Positions 38,831 to 52,130 of a stretch of 64,000 bases of DNA are shown one piece after another. Each line of letters begins with the position of its first letter. Position 1 is the stretch's first letter. The notes beneath the pieces are model-generated. The model did no database searches. It saw only the letters and a program-made list of their open reading frames with translations, and was not told the origin of the DNA. The DNA comes from Octopus vulgaris (lineage: Eukaryota): assembly GCA_951406725.2 (NCBI GenBank), contig OX597817.1, forward strand, positions 170,686,001 to 170,750,000. Reading direction: 5' to 3'. The position numbers and the translations under genes are program-made.

Positions 38831-39350
38831 GTAAATGTAATTTGTGGCAATTATTTGGTAGCCATGATAAAACTCCGAGTTCCAGATGCCGTGGTGGAAA
38901 TCCACACTGCCATCTCTTCAGTTATCTGGCTATTGGAAAAATGCTATGAAAAATGACCATTATACAAAGGGAAATTACGGTGTGATTGACCGTTATTAAG
39001 ACAAAAGAGTTATTTGAATGACCGCTAAGAGAGGGGAGGGAGTGGAACTTTTACCCCCTTATTTTCACTCCTTCCCCTCACTTAGCAGTCATTCAAATAA
39101 CTCTTTTGTCTTAATAACGGTCAATCACACAGTAATTTCCCTTTGTATAATGGTCATTTTTCATAGCATTTTTCCAATGGCCAGATAACTGAAGAGATGG
39201 CAGCATGGATTTCCACCTCAGCATCCGAAACTCAGAGTTTTATCATGGCTACCAAATAATTGTCACATATTACATTTACAGATAAATTCCTCTATTTACA
39301 TAATATTGAGGTCTCTTTCTTTCTTTTGTTGTCTTACCATTTTTATCAAT
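38826..39350 (+). mobile_element. Penelope-like pLTR with an inverted copy (~220-bp hairpin arms) and hammerhead motif 39184-39244
   Basis: 38826-39047 is the reverse complement of 39064-39283 (about 15 differences by eye). Motif gataa-CTGAAGA-GATG..CATC-cGAAAC-TCAGA-GTT-ttatc. Flanked by (TA)n. Confidence 0.8.
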
Positions 39351-40029
39351 ATATATATATGTATATGTATACATGGGCTTCTTTCAGTTTCTGTCAGTCA
39401 AATTCACTCACAAGACTTTGAAAAGCCTGGAGTTATAGCAGAAGATATATAGTGACACAATTCTGGTAATGTTGAAGGTGATAAGAATTTTGCTACACAA
39501 TCAATAGTTTTGTGATTAGTCCCATTTTGCCAAGTGTCTGCTAGAATCACTTCAGGCCAATCAATGCAACTAATGTCTTGAGAGGAAATTTAGCACACAC
39601 ACACATGCATATATATATGTATACACACACACTTATGGGAGTGTGTGTGTGTTGATATTTTGCCTGTCACTTTCTAAACAAAACTGTGCTGATGTTGAGA
39701 AACCTTGTTACATTATGATTAGCTGCTTTGCCATTTTGAAGACTTGCAGATTTTTAAAATACCTTGCTTGAAACACTGGCGGGTGTCAGAAACAGAGAAA
39801 GAATCCAGCTGTTACAAAATTCTCCTTCAAATAATTCCCAATCTCAACCATAATAACTTGATAAAATAAATATATATATATATATATATCAAAAAATTTT
39901 ATATATATATATCATCATCATCATCAACGATGATGATGATGATGATGATGATATGCCACCACGACGATGTGCTTACGTGTACGGCAGGCAGCGGCTGAAC
40001 CGAGATGTGCACACAGACATGAAATTTTT

Positions 40030-41602
40030 TGCGTAATGAGATAAAAAAACCAAGGCTGTGTAGGTATTAGAACATTTATAGATTGGTCTTACAGCTGTTT
40101 CCAGGATATTTATTAATTATATCCCTTCATCGGAGACGGTGTGAGAGGATGGTTAAGTAATAGTTAATTTAGATAGGATACAAAATAGAGAGTGAGGTGG
40201 AGGAAAGAAAATAGATGTGAGATATGCAAGGATATTGAATTTGTAGATCTATTTTTTAGGTAGAATGGTATATGTAAAATTCCAATACCTTATGAGAAAA
40301 ATCCAACAGTATTTAGAATTGTTTAAAATTTAAAAGTATAGAGTTTATACACACTGTAAGATTCTAATGCCTTATGAGTAAGATCCAACGCTATTTAAAA
40401 TTGGTCATTCCAAGTACAGAATTTATACAGTGTTGTAGAGTCAAAGGTTTTTATTTAAAGTGACCTAAAAATAGGGAGTATGTTAGTAGGGTGAAATCAA
40501 AAACAGGAAGAGAGGAATAAAGAAAGAGTAAAAAGAGAAGGAAAAAAAGAGAAGGAAAAAAAAAAGAAAAGAGAGAGAAGGAGAAGAAAGTAAGAAGAAA
40601 AGTAATAAATAATAAAATAATAAAAAATAAAAAAAAAACTTGAAGAGAGGAATAAAGGAAAGAACGAAAAAAGAAAAAAGAAAAATGAAGATATAGATAA
40701 GTTAGGGGTCAGTGGAGATAATTTGAAAGCAGGAGTGGGGAGATGAAGGGTGAAAGAGAGAGAAAGGTGTTATAGTGTAAAAAGATAGAAGGAATGGGGG
40801 GAGGGGTTAAAGGTAAAGGAGTGACAAATGTGTAGTGGTGGAGTCTAAGTGTTGGGGCAGAGAGAGGGGGTTAGTAGTATGAATGAAGAATTAAGGAATT
40901 TAAATGGTTTAGCAGTTCAGTGCTTAGTAATATAAGAAAATATATATGTGAAGATGTATACATATGTACATATCAGACATATATATATATATATATATAT
41001 ATACATATGTTTATATATATCTCAATATTCACACATACAACTCCTACACATACAATCCTTACTTGCATGCATATGCACATCTGCGCACTCAGGTATACAT
41101 GCATCTGCATGTATCATCGCTTCTGTATACACAGGTATATATATCTTGCATGCATACATATATTTACACATATCCACATACATACATATATGCATATGCT
41201 CATTCATACATACACACTCACACATGGGTGGATGCACATACATACGAATATAATTAGATAGTTGTATATGTGAGGAACTAGATAGGGATTAAGAGTTAGA
41301 ATGTAGATTTATAAGGTTATTGGGATTACCTAAGGGTATTGGGGAAATGTACTGTATGGTCGTTCTGGCATTTGGATTTGTGGTAGAATTTGAATGTGTG
41401 ATAAAAGCGGTGGTTGCATGTGCTTAGTGGCTCATTATGTTTATTTAGCAGCGTTGGAGAGTTGTGCTTTAATATGTGGAGTGCCTCCTTCAGGCAAGGT
41501 TTTCAGGTTGAGTGTTGACCTCAATAGGGAATCCTGAGTCCAGTATGAACCATGATAGAGTATAGGGTATATTTGTATTTTTGAGATGATGTATGTGGTT
41601 GG
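40030..41602 (-). mobile_element. 5'-truncated Penelope-like retroelement (Naiad-type GIY-YIG C-terminus, long 3' region, hammerhead)
   Basis: NHIHHLKNTNIPYTLSWFILDSG..(frameshift)..GQHST*KPCLKEALHILKHNSPTLLNKHNEPLSTCNHR matches CxxCLxE...LLNKxxE..S.C.H endonuclease ends. Confidence 0.8.
40086..40137 (-). ncRNA. Minimal type-I hammerhead ribozyme motif in the 3' region of a PLE
   Basis: gtct-CCGATGA-AGGGATAT aattaataa ATATCCTg-GAAAC-AGCT-GTA-agac. Stem I is perfect, the stem III loop is palindromic, and there is one core substitution (CCGAUGA). Confidence 0.72.
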
Positions 41603-41689
41603 TGGGTGGGCCTCACAGGGGCGATGACAAAAGACTGAGATCTCTGGAGGTATGCAGTGACTAAGAAGACCCAGCAAATAAAGTGAGTC

Positions 41690-42055
41690 CACAGCTGTAA
41701 CCTACACCAGTGTCACATAACCAGCCCACTCAAAAGTACCTTGGATCGTAGGGTGATATGCCATGCTTGAGGAGACCTATTGAGTCAAGTACATCAACAT
41801 CAGCAATATCAAAATCAAATCAAATGGAAATTGTATTTGTGAGCCCCTTGCCGGTAGCACATAAAAAGCACCATCTGAAAGTTGGCGGATGCCAGTGCTG
41901 CGTTGACTGGCTTCTGTGCTGGTGGAACATAAAAAGCACCATCCGATCGTGGTCGATGCCAGCTCTTCTGGCCCCTGTGCTGGTAGCACATAAAAAACAC
42001 CCACTACACTCTTGGAGTGGTTGACATTAGGAAAGGCATCCAGCTGTAGAAACAA
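41690..42055 (+). mobile_element. SINE-like family C (includes more of the 5' region)
   Basis: Internal units and the aggcatccagctgtagaaac motif. Confidence 0.8.
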
Positions 42056-42065
42056 GTATATATAT

Positions 42066-42281
42066 ACTCTTTTACCTGTTTCAGTCATTTGACTGTGGCC
42101 ATGCTGGAGCACCACCTTTAGTCAAGTAAATTAACCCTAGGACTTATTCTTTGTAAGCCTAGTACTTATTCTATCAGTCTCTTTTGCCGAACTGTTAAGT
42201 TACGGGGATGAAAACACACCAGCATCAGTTGTCAAGCGATGTTGGGGGGACAAACACAGACACACAAACATATACACACAC

Positions 42282-42327
<46 letters not shown>

Positions 42328-42486
42328 AGCTTCTTTCAATTTCCGTCTACCAAATCCACTCACAAGGCTTTGGTCGGCCTGAGGCTATAGTAGAAGACAC
42401 TTGCCCAAGGTGCCATGCAGTGGGACTGAACCCGGAGCCATGTGGTAGGTAACCAAGCTACTTACCACACAACCACTCCTACGCCT
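42066..42486 (-). mobile_element. SINE family A
   Basis: Full-length match. Confidence 0.9.
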
Positions 42487-43041
42487 ATATATATATAACT
42501 ACACATACACACACATTATATATATATATATATAATGTACATTTACTATTGATTCTCTTCCTCTGTACCAATATACATCTTGTCCTTCATTGTACAGCCA
42601 TTCCGTCTCGTACAAGCTACTTGCATCTCTATTCATTCATTCAGTTCAGTGCATTATCAAGACTGACATCAAATGACCCCTTACAATCTAGCTACCGTTT
42701 TAGGCCACTGTATCACCCCACCCCACACACACACTAAATATAGTCCAGTATACACTACCAATAGGTGCATTTAGATATAAATAATTCTTTTAGATATACA
42801 CACACACATACACACATACATACACGAACACACATACACATTTATATTTATATGTATTTATGTATGTATGCCAATGTATAGGGAATGAGGTGACAGAGGA
42901 GAAGACAGAGATAGATTCACAGCATATATACAACTATGAATCTATCTGTACCCCCTTAATATGTATATATGTGGGTATATATAGGTGTGCATGTGTTTGC
43001 ATGTGTAGCATCTAAACACTAAATATACAATGAATATTATA

Positions 43042-43117
<76 letters not shown>

Positions 43118-43118
43118 A

Positions 43119-43268
<150 letters not shown>

Positions 43269-43270
43269 AT

Positions 43271-43470
43271 AAAGTTAATCCAAACAAGAAAGCACAAAAA
43301 AACACCACAACGCAAGGACGTGGAACAAATATAGTATTATTGGACGCTCAGGAAAGAAGGAAAGAAGGAGGGTTTAACGTTTCAAGCGGAGCCCTTCGTC
43401 TGAAACATAGGAGAAGGAAAGATCCAGAGAAGGGAAGACAGAGGAAAAAAAATCGCCAACGGTACACACG
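43271..43470 (-). mobile_element. PLE 3'-end family, copy of 19063-19256, with mutated hammerhead (43372-43406)
   Basis: gttt-CAGACGA-A-GGGC tcc GCTT-GAAAC-GTT-aaac. Confidence 0.65.
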
Positions 43471-43471
43471 A

Positions 43472-43502
<31 letters not shown>

Positions 43503-43584
43503 TAAAGGTAGAAATCAATATTTATCAATTAAAACAAGTGGTCTAGCATATTCAAAAAAAGAATCCGAAGATTATATATTTATA

Positions 43585-43800
43585 TATACCAATTAAGGAC
43601 TGAACACGAAAAGTGGACAGTCAACATGCTAGATATAGACGTCAAATCGCCATTCTCCACAAAAGATTATGTTCTCAAATCAAACTCAACACAAACCCAA
43701 GCAATAAACAAGTGAAAATATACGAAATACAGGAAAATGGCGATTTGACGTCTATATCTAGCATGTTGACTGTCCACTTTTCGTGTTCAGTCCTTAATTG

Positions 43801-43806
<6 letters not shown>
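43585..43806. repeat. Inverted repeat (~70-bp near-perfect arms, ~80-bp spacer) in (TA)n
   Basis: accaattaaggactgaacacgaaaagtggacagtcaacatgctagatatagacgtcaaatcgccatt and its reverse complement. Confidence 0.9.
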
Positions 43807-43878
<72 letters not shown>

Positions 43879-43893
43879 GTGTGTGTGTACATG

Positions 43894-43930
<37 letters not shown>

Positions 43931-44445
43931 GTATGTGTGTACATACATACATATGTATATATATATATATATATACATATATATACATACATATGTATGT
44001 ATGTACGTACACACACACTCACTCTTATATCCAATCATTGTGTCATTGTGTTCTGGAAGCAGAACTGTGATATACATTAATTATATCCAAACATTGATTA
44101 TTACAGAAAATACTCCGCAACTATTATATTATATTCCTTATGTATCTTTGGATATCACACGGCAATTGCAATTACTTCGAAGCACTTCCGAAATGATGGC
44201 TTTGGCTGAACTACATGAAATTGTAGGAAACTTTTCCAGTGGCTTGTCCTTTGAAATATTCCCTGTTCTAAGGATTTGGTATAAAATGGAATTATATCAT
44301 ATCTATTCAAATACTCTGAGAATACCATTGTTGCAGCACATATTATGTATTGCGTTTCCTTCCTGGCATATCATATGTTCCTTAGAAATATTTGGGAAAT
44401 AGCATAACTAAGAAAGAGAAATATAGTCTTTGCTATTTATCTACA

Positions 44446-44509
<64 letters not shown>

Positions 44510-44533
44510 CATCTATCTATCCATCCATCCATC

Positions 44534-44612
<79 letters not shown>

Positions 44613-45014
44613 AAACAAAACTCTACATTTAAACACATGCATCCTAATCCTCCAAAGAAGTTTTCCCAAGGACTAATATTGAACTCTAAAAGCATAAAGA
44701 CACTACAATGTACTGGTATACATATTTATTAATTTTTGTATATATGTATTATTATTTTTTTGAAAAAACATTGTAAATTTTTGAAAAAAACATTTTTGTA
44801 AAAATATTGTAAATTTCTTTTTCCCCTTCCTCAATTCAAAAAAAAATTTTTTTCCCCTTCCAAATCTTGAAAATTTGCCTTGCAATGAAAGCTGGTTAGA
44901 TTTCTTTTTTAATTTTTCATACACCCATTTTTATTAAAATTTACTTTCAATTTAGCATTGGACTACTACTGCTACTTATTTAAACATCCATTTTCCATAT
45001 ATAAAATACAGAAT

Positions 45015-45130
45015 GGTGGACAAGAAATTGACCACGTGGTGGACAGGAATTCAACCGTGTGGTGGACAGGAAATCGACTAACTGATAGACAGGAATTCAA
45101 CCATGTGGTAGACAGGAATTCGACCGCATG
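45015..45130. repeat. 23-bp minisatellite, 5 copies
   Basis: Consensus gtggacaggaattcgaccgcgtg. Confidence 0.85.
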
Positions 45131-45432
45131 GTATATATATAAGCCATACCAAGGCAGACATTGAGTATGATACAGTACTAAGGCCCTTCAGATAAGGTCA
45201 AACCATCCAACTCATGCCAGCATGGAAAATGGATGTTTAAATAAGTTTCTTTATTGGCCACACAGGGCTGCACACAGATGGGACAAGTTACAAGGTAGAG
45301 CTTTTCTTTTGGGGGATGAAAAAAACAAAAAAACAAAAAAACAAAAGAAACAAAAAAAAAGGGGGTGGCATAGGTTTTCGATCAAGAGGGATCGTAAAAG
45401 GGAAGAAAAGAACAAAAGTAGTGGTAGTAATA

Positions 45433-45562
<130 letters not shown>

Positions 45563-46032
45563 CAGTGGTGGTGGCAGTAGTAATAGTAGTAGCAGCAGCA
45601 GCAAGACAAGGAGGAGGGGAGCAGGGAAAGAAGAAGATGAGAGAGGAGGGCGGGGAGGAGGAGGCTCATGATCATGATCACGATAACCACAACGTAATGT
45701 TAGGTAATAATTGCTGAGAGAATTAAATGTCTCTTTGGAGGATCTCTGCTGTCAAACAGAATAAATATGCATAATTTTATGTCCATTTTTACACATCAGC
45801 AAACCAATAAATATCAGTCACTGCATTATTTCTTCTGCAGAATTTATTTGTCTCATTATCTTCAGATAAATTTACTGAATAACCTATTTTTAGTTGGTTT
45901 GATTAGTCTCAAGAGATATTCAAGTTGATTTGTGCTTTTGTACTTTAATCGATCCTGTTTTATCATTTACAGGACAATTCAGTTCGTCTTGGAAATTGTG
46001 TTTACGCATCTGTGAGGTTTTCATTCATATGT

Positions 46033-46860
46033 ATCAGGCTGAGTGAAAAGTAAGCAATGTTTTGGAAAAATGAAATTCATCACAATATATTTCAACAATG
46101 CGGGAATTTTATTCATCAAAGTACCATTACAATCAACACATTTTTGCCAATGAGTTACAAGTTTGTTTAGTCCAATGAAATAAAAACCTGGAGTTCTGGA
46201 GCTGATGAACTCTTTGAATGCACTTTCAGCATTGGTTTGATTTTTGAACTCCTTCTCTTGCAGGAAACCATTACGGTGCTTGAAAAAGTGGTAGCCAGTA
46301 GGAGAATCGTCTGGGAAATAAGCTGAGTGGGGAAGAATGTCGTAGCCAAGTTCCCTCAACTTCTGGAGCATCATTAATGAAATGTGTGGTCAAGCATTGT
46401 CATGAAGAATGATTGGCTCTCTTCTGTTGTCCAGTCTGGGACAAAGAAGTAGTAGTTTGTCATTCATTTTGGCAATTTCATGGCAATATGTTTCTGCAGT
46501 AATGATTCTTCCAGGTTTTAAGAAGTTATAGTGGATGAGTCCAGTAGTCACCATAGCCTTTTTGAAGAACTTATGTTCAGGGAAGGTTCAACCACTGCAA
46601 AGAACATTTTTACTATTGTACAGAATCCACTTTTCTTTGCAAGTTACAATACGGTTGAGAAATGGATCAGTCTGGTTATGGAGAAGAAATGACAACCAAA
46701 TTTCTTATCTGCACATTTTCTGATTTTCATTCAAATCGTGTGGTATCCATTTGTCAAGACTTTTTGATTTTCCAATCGCATGCAAATGGTTGCAGGCAGT
46801 TTTCTGGCTAACTTGAAGCTCTTTTGCCAGTTCTCGAGTTGTTTAATGTAGATCTTTCCC
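46033..46860 (-). mobile_element. Mariner (DD34D, SETMAR-like) transposase relic
   Basis: HDNA*PH..LQKLRELGYDILPHSAYFPDDSPTGYHFF..GLNKLVTHWQKCVDCNG, with a TIR end at tatcaggctg. Confidence 0.9.
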
Positions 46861-47991
46861 AATGACAGACTTTAATAGACTTTAATTGATTTCTCTTTCT
46901 CTCAAATAGCTCTACCCTCCTGATCTTAGTATGTATAAAGAGCTCTATATAACTAACATTTCTAAATAAGTACTAATTAGAAAATATAAATATCCTGTAA
47001 GGTATAATAATAACAATTTCTTAAACCTATAATAAAACCCTTAATTTTATAAAAAGATTTGTTGGTAATAAAATTTTTGTTCCAGGAAGCGGTCAAAAAA
47101 GCCAGCTTCTATATATAGCTGAAGCGAGAAGATCAAAAATGGTTTGAAAGTCATAACATGCCGGCAAAAAATAACAGCTCTAGGTGAGACAAGCTGACAC
47201 TGAATAAGCTTCTCTGATTGACAGGCGATGGTCTCGTTTAGAGAATGTGTAGGCTAAGACTATGTGCCTTCATTGGTCAGTTAAAGTTGAGACAGTGTCG
47301 CATGACAACTTGCTAGGGCTGCCTACTGGAGCCTAGCAGCAGGTATTTAAAGGGAAAAAATTTGACAAGACTGTCAGTCGCCCACTGACACTCATTGACG
47401 CTACATCGAAGAGGCCAGGGAACAGAAAAAAGAAGAAGAAAGAAGACATGCACCCAACACCAGAGCTGAAGACACCTCCGAAAGGTGGGGGAGCCCACCA
47501 CGTCAAAACGGTTGAGGAGTAGGGACCGAAACCGGATGTGGTTCCTCCTGATGATGTCTTGAGCTAACTGAATCCTATAAAAGAGCTGTAGTAGTAGCAG
47601 ACCACAAAACACGGTTGAAATTCCTCCATTTAATTATTTCTTTAGTCGACATTAAACACCAGTCTTTCATAGATATTATCATGACAAGTAAATATAATTT
47701 TTAGTCTAATATTTTGAATTATTAAATTTTTTCTAAAAATATCTTAGCTATTGATGTTAATAAGCTAAATATACCTTACCATAGTTTTGGTATATAAATA
47801 ATTTTACCCCTTCTCTATAATGTTCTACAAATGATTATTTATTTTATTTTATTTTTAAAACTAGCTCTTATTTATTTATTTACAAAATTACTCTAAGTCT
47901 TATATCTCTATAAATTTCATACTCAGCTTATATGAAAACTATGCTGGTACATTCACTATTTAAAATAAAAGAAATATGCTTAAACTAGAAT

Positions 47992-48325
47992 TGTTAGTTA
48001 GTTAGTTAATTAGTTAATTTTTTGGCTCAAAAGCAAAAAGCAAGGCCATGTAGGGGGACATGGAGTTAAGTACAGGGTGGTGTTCATGTAAAGAGTTCAG
48101 GCCACTTGTGGTCAAGGGAGACTTTGAACTGAGCGGTTGTCGGCATCTTCACCATCTCGTCCGGCAGCTTATTCCACGGATCCACAACCCGGACGGAGAA
48201 AGTCCCTCTCCTTCAATTGAGATGAAATCGTCGCAGATAGAGCTTTTCGGAATGACCCCACAGCCGACGCTCTGGAGCAGGAGTGAAGAACAGCTCATTC
48301 GAGAGGTTACACTTTCCGCTTATGA
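47992..48325 (-). mobile_element. CR1 LINE 3' end with (TAAC)n tail
   Basis: LWGHSEKLYLRRFHLN*RRGTFSVRVVDPWNKLPDEMV..FKVSLDHKW. Confidence 0.9.
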
Positions 48326-49177
48326 TGTTAATATTTAATATATAATTTTCAACATATTCTTTTAACTTAATTTTACCTTTATTAATACCAGTAAATACCA
48401 TTTAATCAATAGTTACAAATATATGTTAAGTTAGTATCTAAATATATAAATATTGAACTATCTCTATATTTTCTGTCCCTCTATTGTGTAAAATTTTGAT
48501 ATATACTGAAAGTATTCATAAATATTCTTCTTAGTATTCTTTAGATTAACTCTAAAATTTATCTGTGTATATAGAAATAACATTGTTTTATAGTAGGTAA
48601 ATGTACTACTATATGATAAGACTTCCTCTGTCCCATAAGCATTGGTCAAGGGAGACTTTGAACTGAGCGGTCGTCAGCATCTTCACCATCTCGTCCAGCA
48701 GCTTATTCCACGGATCCACAACCCAGACGGAGAAAGCCCCTCTCCTTTGATTGAGATGAAATCGTCACAGATAGAACTTTTCGGAATGACCCCACAGCCG
48801 ACGCTCTGGAGCAGGAGTGAAGAACAGCTCTTTCGAGAGGTTACACTTTCCGCTTATGATGTTAATATTTAATATATAATTTTCAACATATTCTTTTAAC
48901 TTAATTTTCCTTTATTAATACCAGTAAATACCATTTAATCAATAGTTACGAATATATGTTAAGTTAGTATCTAAATATATAAATATTGAACTATCTCTAT
49001 ATTTTCTGTCCCTCTATTGTGTAAAATTTTGATATATACTGAAAGTATTCATAAATATTCTTAGTATTCTTTAGATTAACTCTAAAATTTATCTGTATAT
49101 ATATAAATAACATTGTTTTATAGTAGGTAAATGTACTACTATATGATAAGACTTCCTCTGTCCCATAAGCATTGGTC
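48109..49177. repeat. Recent tandem duplication, ~534-bp unit
   Basis: Units start at 48109 and 48643. TGGTC occurs at the start, the junction and the end (49173-49177). Confidence 0.95.
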
Positions 49178-49297
49178 TACTCAATAGCAGACAACATCTT
49201 GTTTGAAGTATCTTCTTACTCAACCAAATGGCTTTGCTTCAAAGAAATCTTGATTTATGACTAAGCCACTTAAATTGTCTATCTACTTTGCCCTATA

Positions 49298-49672
49298 GGC
49301 GCAGGAGTGGCTTCCTTGCCAACCACATGGGTCTGGGTTCAGTCCCACTGTGTGGCACTTTGGGCAAGTGTCTTCTGCTATAGCTTCGGGCCGACCAATG
49401 CCTTGTGACTGGATTTGGTAGACGGAAACTGAAAGAAGCCCATCATATATATGTGATGTGTGTGTGTGTGTGTGTGTCTGTGTGTGTGTGTGTTTGTCCC
49501 CTAACATTGCTTGACAACCGATGCTGGTGTGTTCGGCATAAGAGACCGATAGAATAAGTGCTAGGCTTACAAAGATTAAGTCCTGGGGTCGATTTGCTCG
49601 ACTAAAGGCAGTGCTCCAGTATGGCCACAGTCAAATGACTGAAACAAGTAAAAGAGTAAAAGAGTAAAGAGT
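49298..49672 (+). mobile_element. SINE family A
   Basis: Match with small deletions. Confidence 0.9.
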
Positions 49673-50323
49673 ACTCCAAAATGATACTACACTCTGTCTT
49701 CTCTCAGATTTGATAAACTAGCCAATAAATGAAAACTGAGCTCCCACCCCCACCCCATAATTAAACCTAAATAACAGAAATAATCAGTGAAAAGCAGTGT
49801 CTTTTTTTGAAAGTTTCAGTTCCAACTGTGATGTTGTTGGTAAAACATATTCTTTGTCTATCTCCTTATCCTCTTGGTGATTTTGGATAAAATTATACTA
49901 ATGAGTCCTTCAAATTTAATTAAATTCTATACTTTTGTGCAGCTGAAGATTGCTCTACATTTTAAATTGATGTAATGATTGCATTGTTCAATTAAATGGA
50001 GTCGCATGAAACAATCGTACTGAATTACCTCTGGATATCCTTGTTGCTTATTTTGATTATATATATATACATATATATATATATACATACAATGCAAGCA
50101 TTTGTGTGTCTGTGTTTCTCCCTCACCATCGCTTGACAACCGATGCTGGCATGTTTGCATCCCTGTAACTTAGCAGTTCGGTAAAAGAGACTGATAGAAT
50201 AAGCACTAGGCTTACAAAGAATAAGTTCTGGGGTCGATTTGTTCGATTAAAGACAGTGCTCCAGCATGGCCACAGTCAAATGACTGAAACAAGTAAAAGA
50301 AGAAAAGAATATATGTGTGTATG

Positions 50324-50419
<96 letters not shown>

Positions 50420-51112
50420 AGAATTCACAAAAAAACAAAAGACAAAGACAGGTGGTGTAGACAACAAACAGATGTATTAGTATATATACAGATATATAAA
50501 TAGATAGATAGATAGATATACAACAGTTTTCTTTCAGTTCTCATCTACCAAATCCACTCACAAGTGTTTGTTCAGCTTGAGACTATAGTAGAAGACACTT
50601 GCCAAAAGTTCCACACAGTGGGACTGAACCCGGAATGATGTGGTTGGGAAGCAAGCTTCTTACCACTCTGTCATGCCTGCACCTGTTTATTTGCCTAGCT
50701 TCATAACTTCACATAGAAAATATTTTCTATTTCTCCATTCTAAGATCTATATTCTTAGTTATTTGTCAGACTTCATTTTATAAGATACAAACCTCGGTTA
50801 TGGCTGACATTGTTAGGGTTCTCTCCAGTAATGTAAACATTCTTTTAAAGAGAAATAAACTTTCCATCATAAATGCCTTTCCTATTCTTTCTATTTTCTC
50901 ATAGAGTCATTTTAAAGAAGAGTTTCTGGGTTTTTGGCATTGAAATATTTTCCAAGTAATTCAGTTCTGTTCTTTTCACTATACAGAAAATTTCAGTGTA
51001 ATTTCCGTGTTCTTTCAAAGTGCCCACTCGTTTAGTTTACAAGTGCAGATATTTCAGTGAGTAATAGGATGCCAATACAAAGCTTTCAGATGTGGATTTG
51101 CAATCCAAGTTG

Positions 51113-51148
<36 letters not shown>

Positions 51149-51667
51149 TATATTTTTATATCATTTATCATATAGCTACGACAAGAGAAGCCATCTATAT
51201 TCTCAAGACTAAAGTAAGCTTTCAACACTGACTGAACAACAAACAGTGTCAGAAATTCAGGTTACCATCTCATGTCCATTTTGCAAAAGTATACAACAGT
51301 TGTGTAGTGTGGGGGGTGTGCAAAGTGTGCAAGCCATTTTATACATGTATATGGAGGAGGAAAGATCTTCTTTAGTACTTGGTTGTACAATGCTTTCCAA
51401 TGTGTGTAGTAGTGGCGCACGCACACATTATTATCCATTTGAAAAGACTATGGAATTTGCAATTAACTGCACCAGGGTTCCTCTTCCCCAGGGAACCAGA
51501 CCTAATGGTATACCTGCGGATGTAGGTCCAGCCCCTGCTTTGCCGGGTCCTGTCTCTGATCACGTTGCACCTCCAAGGGCATCCATTGACGGTGATGCCC
51601 TCAATCTTAACAGACGGGTATCACCTGATGGAGAAGAGTCAGCTCCCAACCAAACAACACCAAACAA

Positions 51668-51815
51668 ACACCCACTCTCCTACCCTGATGTAATCTCCAG
51701 GGATACAGGCATCCAGCAACAGGACCTCCGTAATGCCATGATGGACCGTGAAGTCTGGTGTAGCATGGTAAATTCCATTGTCTCGACCACGGTCGAACAA
51801 TGATAATGATGACAT
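51668..51815 (+). mobile_element. RTE LINE 3' end with GAT tail
   Basis: LSYPDVISRDTGIQQQDLRNAMMDREVW..MVNSI*, matching the AM-DR--W motif. Confidence 0.75.
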
Positions 51816-52075
51816 GTATATTTAACGCAGTCAAACATACATTAGATTTAAGGAAGTGAGTAACCAATTTTGTTGTTACACAAGGAAGTCAAAATCCATG
51901 CCAAGGATGTAATGAGGACAATGTAATGAGGAAGAAATCACACAACACAAGGTTGTAAGGAAAATAGACAGCGAGGATTTATAAAATAATTTGGATAGTC
52001 CCAAATCTATAGTGGTTCTTAGACATTTTGGGGTCTATTTCTAGCAGACTGGTGTTGTAATCATTCAACACCCTT

Positions 52076-52126
<51 letters not shown>

Positions 52127-52130
<4 letters not shown>

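Noticed and set aside
41130-41215. SECIS element downstream of the Naiad-like ORF
   Set aside because: An ATGA..GA hairpin can be drawn only in low-complexity TATG/CATA sequence and cannot be supported without SECISearch on a consensus.
51246-51803. 185-aa ORF as a host gene
   Set aside because: The C-terminal part is an RTE LINE end and the rest is a patchwork without recognisable motifs.
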